Part shown: positions 62,029 to 64,000 of the stretch, piece after piece
How positions within the stretch are numbered: the first letter of the stretch is position 1
How the letters are laid out: the number at the start of each line of letters is the position of its first letter
DNA from: Massalongia carnosa
Taxonomy: Eukaryota
Assembly (NCBI GenBank): GCA_965645245.1
Contig: OZ287071.1
Coordinates: forward strand, 1,736,001 to 1,800,000
Length of the DNA: 64,000 nucleotides
Direction: 5' to 3'
Notes under the pieces: generated by a model
Database searches by the model: none
Told to the model about the DNA's origin: nothing
The model's input: the letters and a program-made list of their open reading frames with translations, nothing else
Program-made: the position numbers and the translations under genes

Positions 62029-64000
62029 TTATAAAGGCACTTCTACAGTGGCAAGTACCTCTTCAATGACCTGCTCAGCCGTCACGCCATCGAGAAGTGC
62101 TGTCACGGCTGCCAAATGGCTACCGTATTGCATACTTCTTTCATTTTCGGGTTTAGTTATGTTAACCCTGTGGGAGTAAATTTTTCTTGCAGCCAGAGTA
62201 ACAAGAGAAGGTGTGACAAAATCAAGATGATGGAGAGGAGCAAGGGATCTAAGCGAATCTTTCAACTTTTGATCAACAAAAAATGTAGGTAATAAACCTA
62301 CCTGACGAGGAGGTTGAAATGTCTGGTTGCACGGGGAGTTATGCCACCATCGACGGCACGATGAAGTCGGAGGAACGTGATGATGTTATGGAGGTAGCCC
62401 ATCACTTCTCCAGCAACGGTGACATCTTTGCTGAGATCCGTCAACGTACGGATGTCCTGGGAATTTATAAGCATGTATCCTCAAATAAGCGCTTTACCGC
62501 TAACCTCGTGGCTGAAAACGGGGCTTTCGCCGGATTTTAGGGAGGCTTGTACTGGGGAATGATGCAGCACGGAGGTCAAGGATTCCCGGTCATCGTCAAA
62601 CCACCCAGACCCTTCCTCGAGATTTGCAAACCCGTCATCTAGCTGGTGATAATGAGAGATAAACAAGTGATCATTCTAGCATGCATCAGTTCATAATATT
62701 ATGCAAAGCAAGACTAAACCTACAAGATGATTTACCAACGCGGCTCCAGAGGTAGTCTTCAGCACGACAATGAGAAATACCTTTGGGGCTGAATAGAAAG
62801 CCGTACGAGTGAATATTCGCTTTGTCCTTAAAATCTAGGCTCGAGTCTTAGCGTTGATAGTAAATGTTGTTGCATAGACCGCACCTCGAGGACTTGGATT
62901 TGAACTTGTGGGTCAGCTAAGTTAAGATTTTTGAGCAGCACGACATTCGCTATCTTGCGATCATCTTCATGATTTTTTGACCCGACCAAGGGAGCTGATG
63001 GATCAGCGAAAGAAGAAGTTGGCTTGGGTTTGCGAAAAGAACCCTGTATCGAGAGAGGCTTCAGCTGGCGTACAAAACATAATATGGAGCGGCAGGTTAT
63101 ATAATAAAATTCTAAATGGGTTAAAGGAGATGATTAGGAGGACCATTGAACGCATGCTAAACAACTGCCAAGCAAAAAAAGGCAAAATAAATCATGGGAG
63201 CAAGCTCTTGTTGATGAGCGAACCGAACAAATCGTGGTCAAAAACTCCTCCCTCTAGACTGAGTAAAGCTTGCAAGAGATTGAGGTGTTTAGGTAACTAA
63301 ATGATATGAGTTCCAAGCGCTAATAAACATCAAATTTAAACTCTTCTATGATTAATTTAATACTACAGCCAGTCTAGAGTATAATGCTTCAGCTATATTA
63401 AGAAACGAAAAGCTTCAGCTCGCAATAAGGATCGTAGTACTAGCCGTCGATCTCCTTTAGCCTTGTCATATGTCCATTGAACTGAAGACGCTTTATGGAG
63501 TCCTAGGAATTTGTATTCTTGGTTATGCATACTTTGCCATCTTCGTTATGCCCATGTCGGCCGCCGTGTACATAGCTTTTTCTAAAGTTCGCAGGAGTAC
63601 AAAATAGGAACGTGGGAAAGGAGAGTTAGAATCAAGACTTGTGTTGATGATTATAAAAATAGCATCTTATAAATAGTCTATGATTTTGAATGACCTAGTC
63701 TAAAAGACCATTAAGCAAATAGTATATAGCTTACCTGGTTTGATTTTGGCTTGTCTCCGTTCTCGGGCCCTCGGTTAAAATCACCTTCTATTAGAACCCC
63801 ATTGCTAAAGTCATCCAAAGACATGGAGGTGGTGCATTGGATTACAGTGTGTGAGAGACCAAAGACGTTGGAGGCAATCTATGAGTGGTTTCAGTGAAGC
63901 CGGTGATCATCATTCAGAAGGTGAGCCGCACAAGTTCGAGCTCATCCTCGAGCGAATCCAAAGCCTCTTCTTCGGTTTGAACTATACAATGCTCGCCAGC
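62029..64000 (-). CDS. Mtc2-like / Mg-chelatase-like AAA-related protein (5' end outside window)
   Basis: Spliced AGEHCIVQT...IASNVFGL...KIANVVLLKNL...QVQIQVLEILRTKRIFTRT...YLHNIITFLRLHRAVDGG...FVTPSLVTLAARKIYSHR...ERSMQYGS...VEVPL*. Confidence 0.75.

Overview
Gene-dense, intron-containing DNA from a filamentous ascomycete (Pezizomycotina). A lichen-forming Lecanoromycete is only a guess from protein style. About 20 protein-coding loci are recognisable: TEL1/ATM (5' part), NUP192, cullin-4, an F-box-like protein, a bestrophin/UPF0187 channel, a Pro-rich unknown, LCB2, a decayed CorA-like gene, acetoacetyl-CoA synthetase, PIG-Y/Eri1-like, ZRG17-like CDF, DUG3, a Sut1-type glucoside transporter, a DUF4449-type protein, MDM10, MRT4, U1-70K, MRPL51, TPI1 and an MTC2-like gene running off the end. 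The main accessory element is a ~2.8 kb relic at 45994-48812. It is bounded by 18-bp terminal inverted repeats and carries a truncated Academ/DUF6589-type transposase convergent with a truncated RecQ-like helicase (AcademH-like). Other signals worth checking: a recurrent C-rich-to-G-rich skew switch near many gene 3' ends, a PemK/MazF-like motif fused to a CorA-like membrane anchor, and candidate poison splice acceptors in U1-70K. No tRNA, rRNA, snRNA or CRISPR could be supported. All family assignments come from motif recognition by eye, not database searches.
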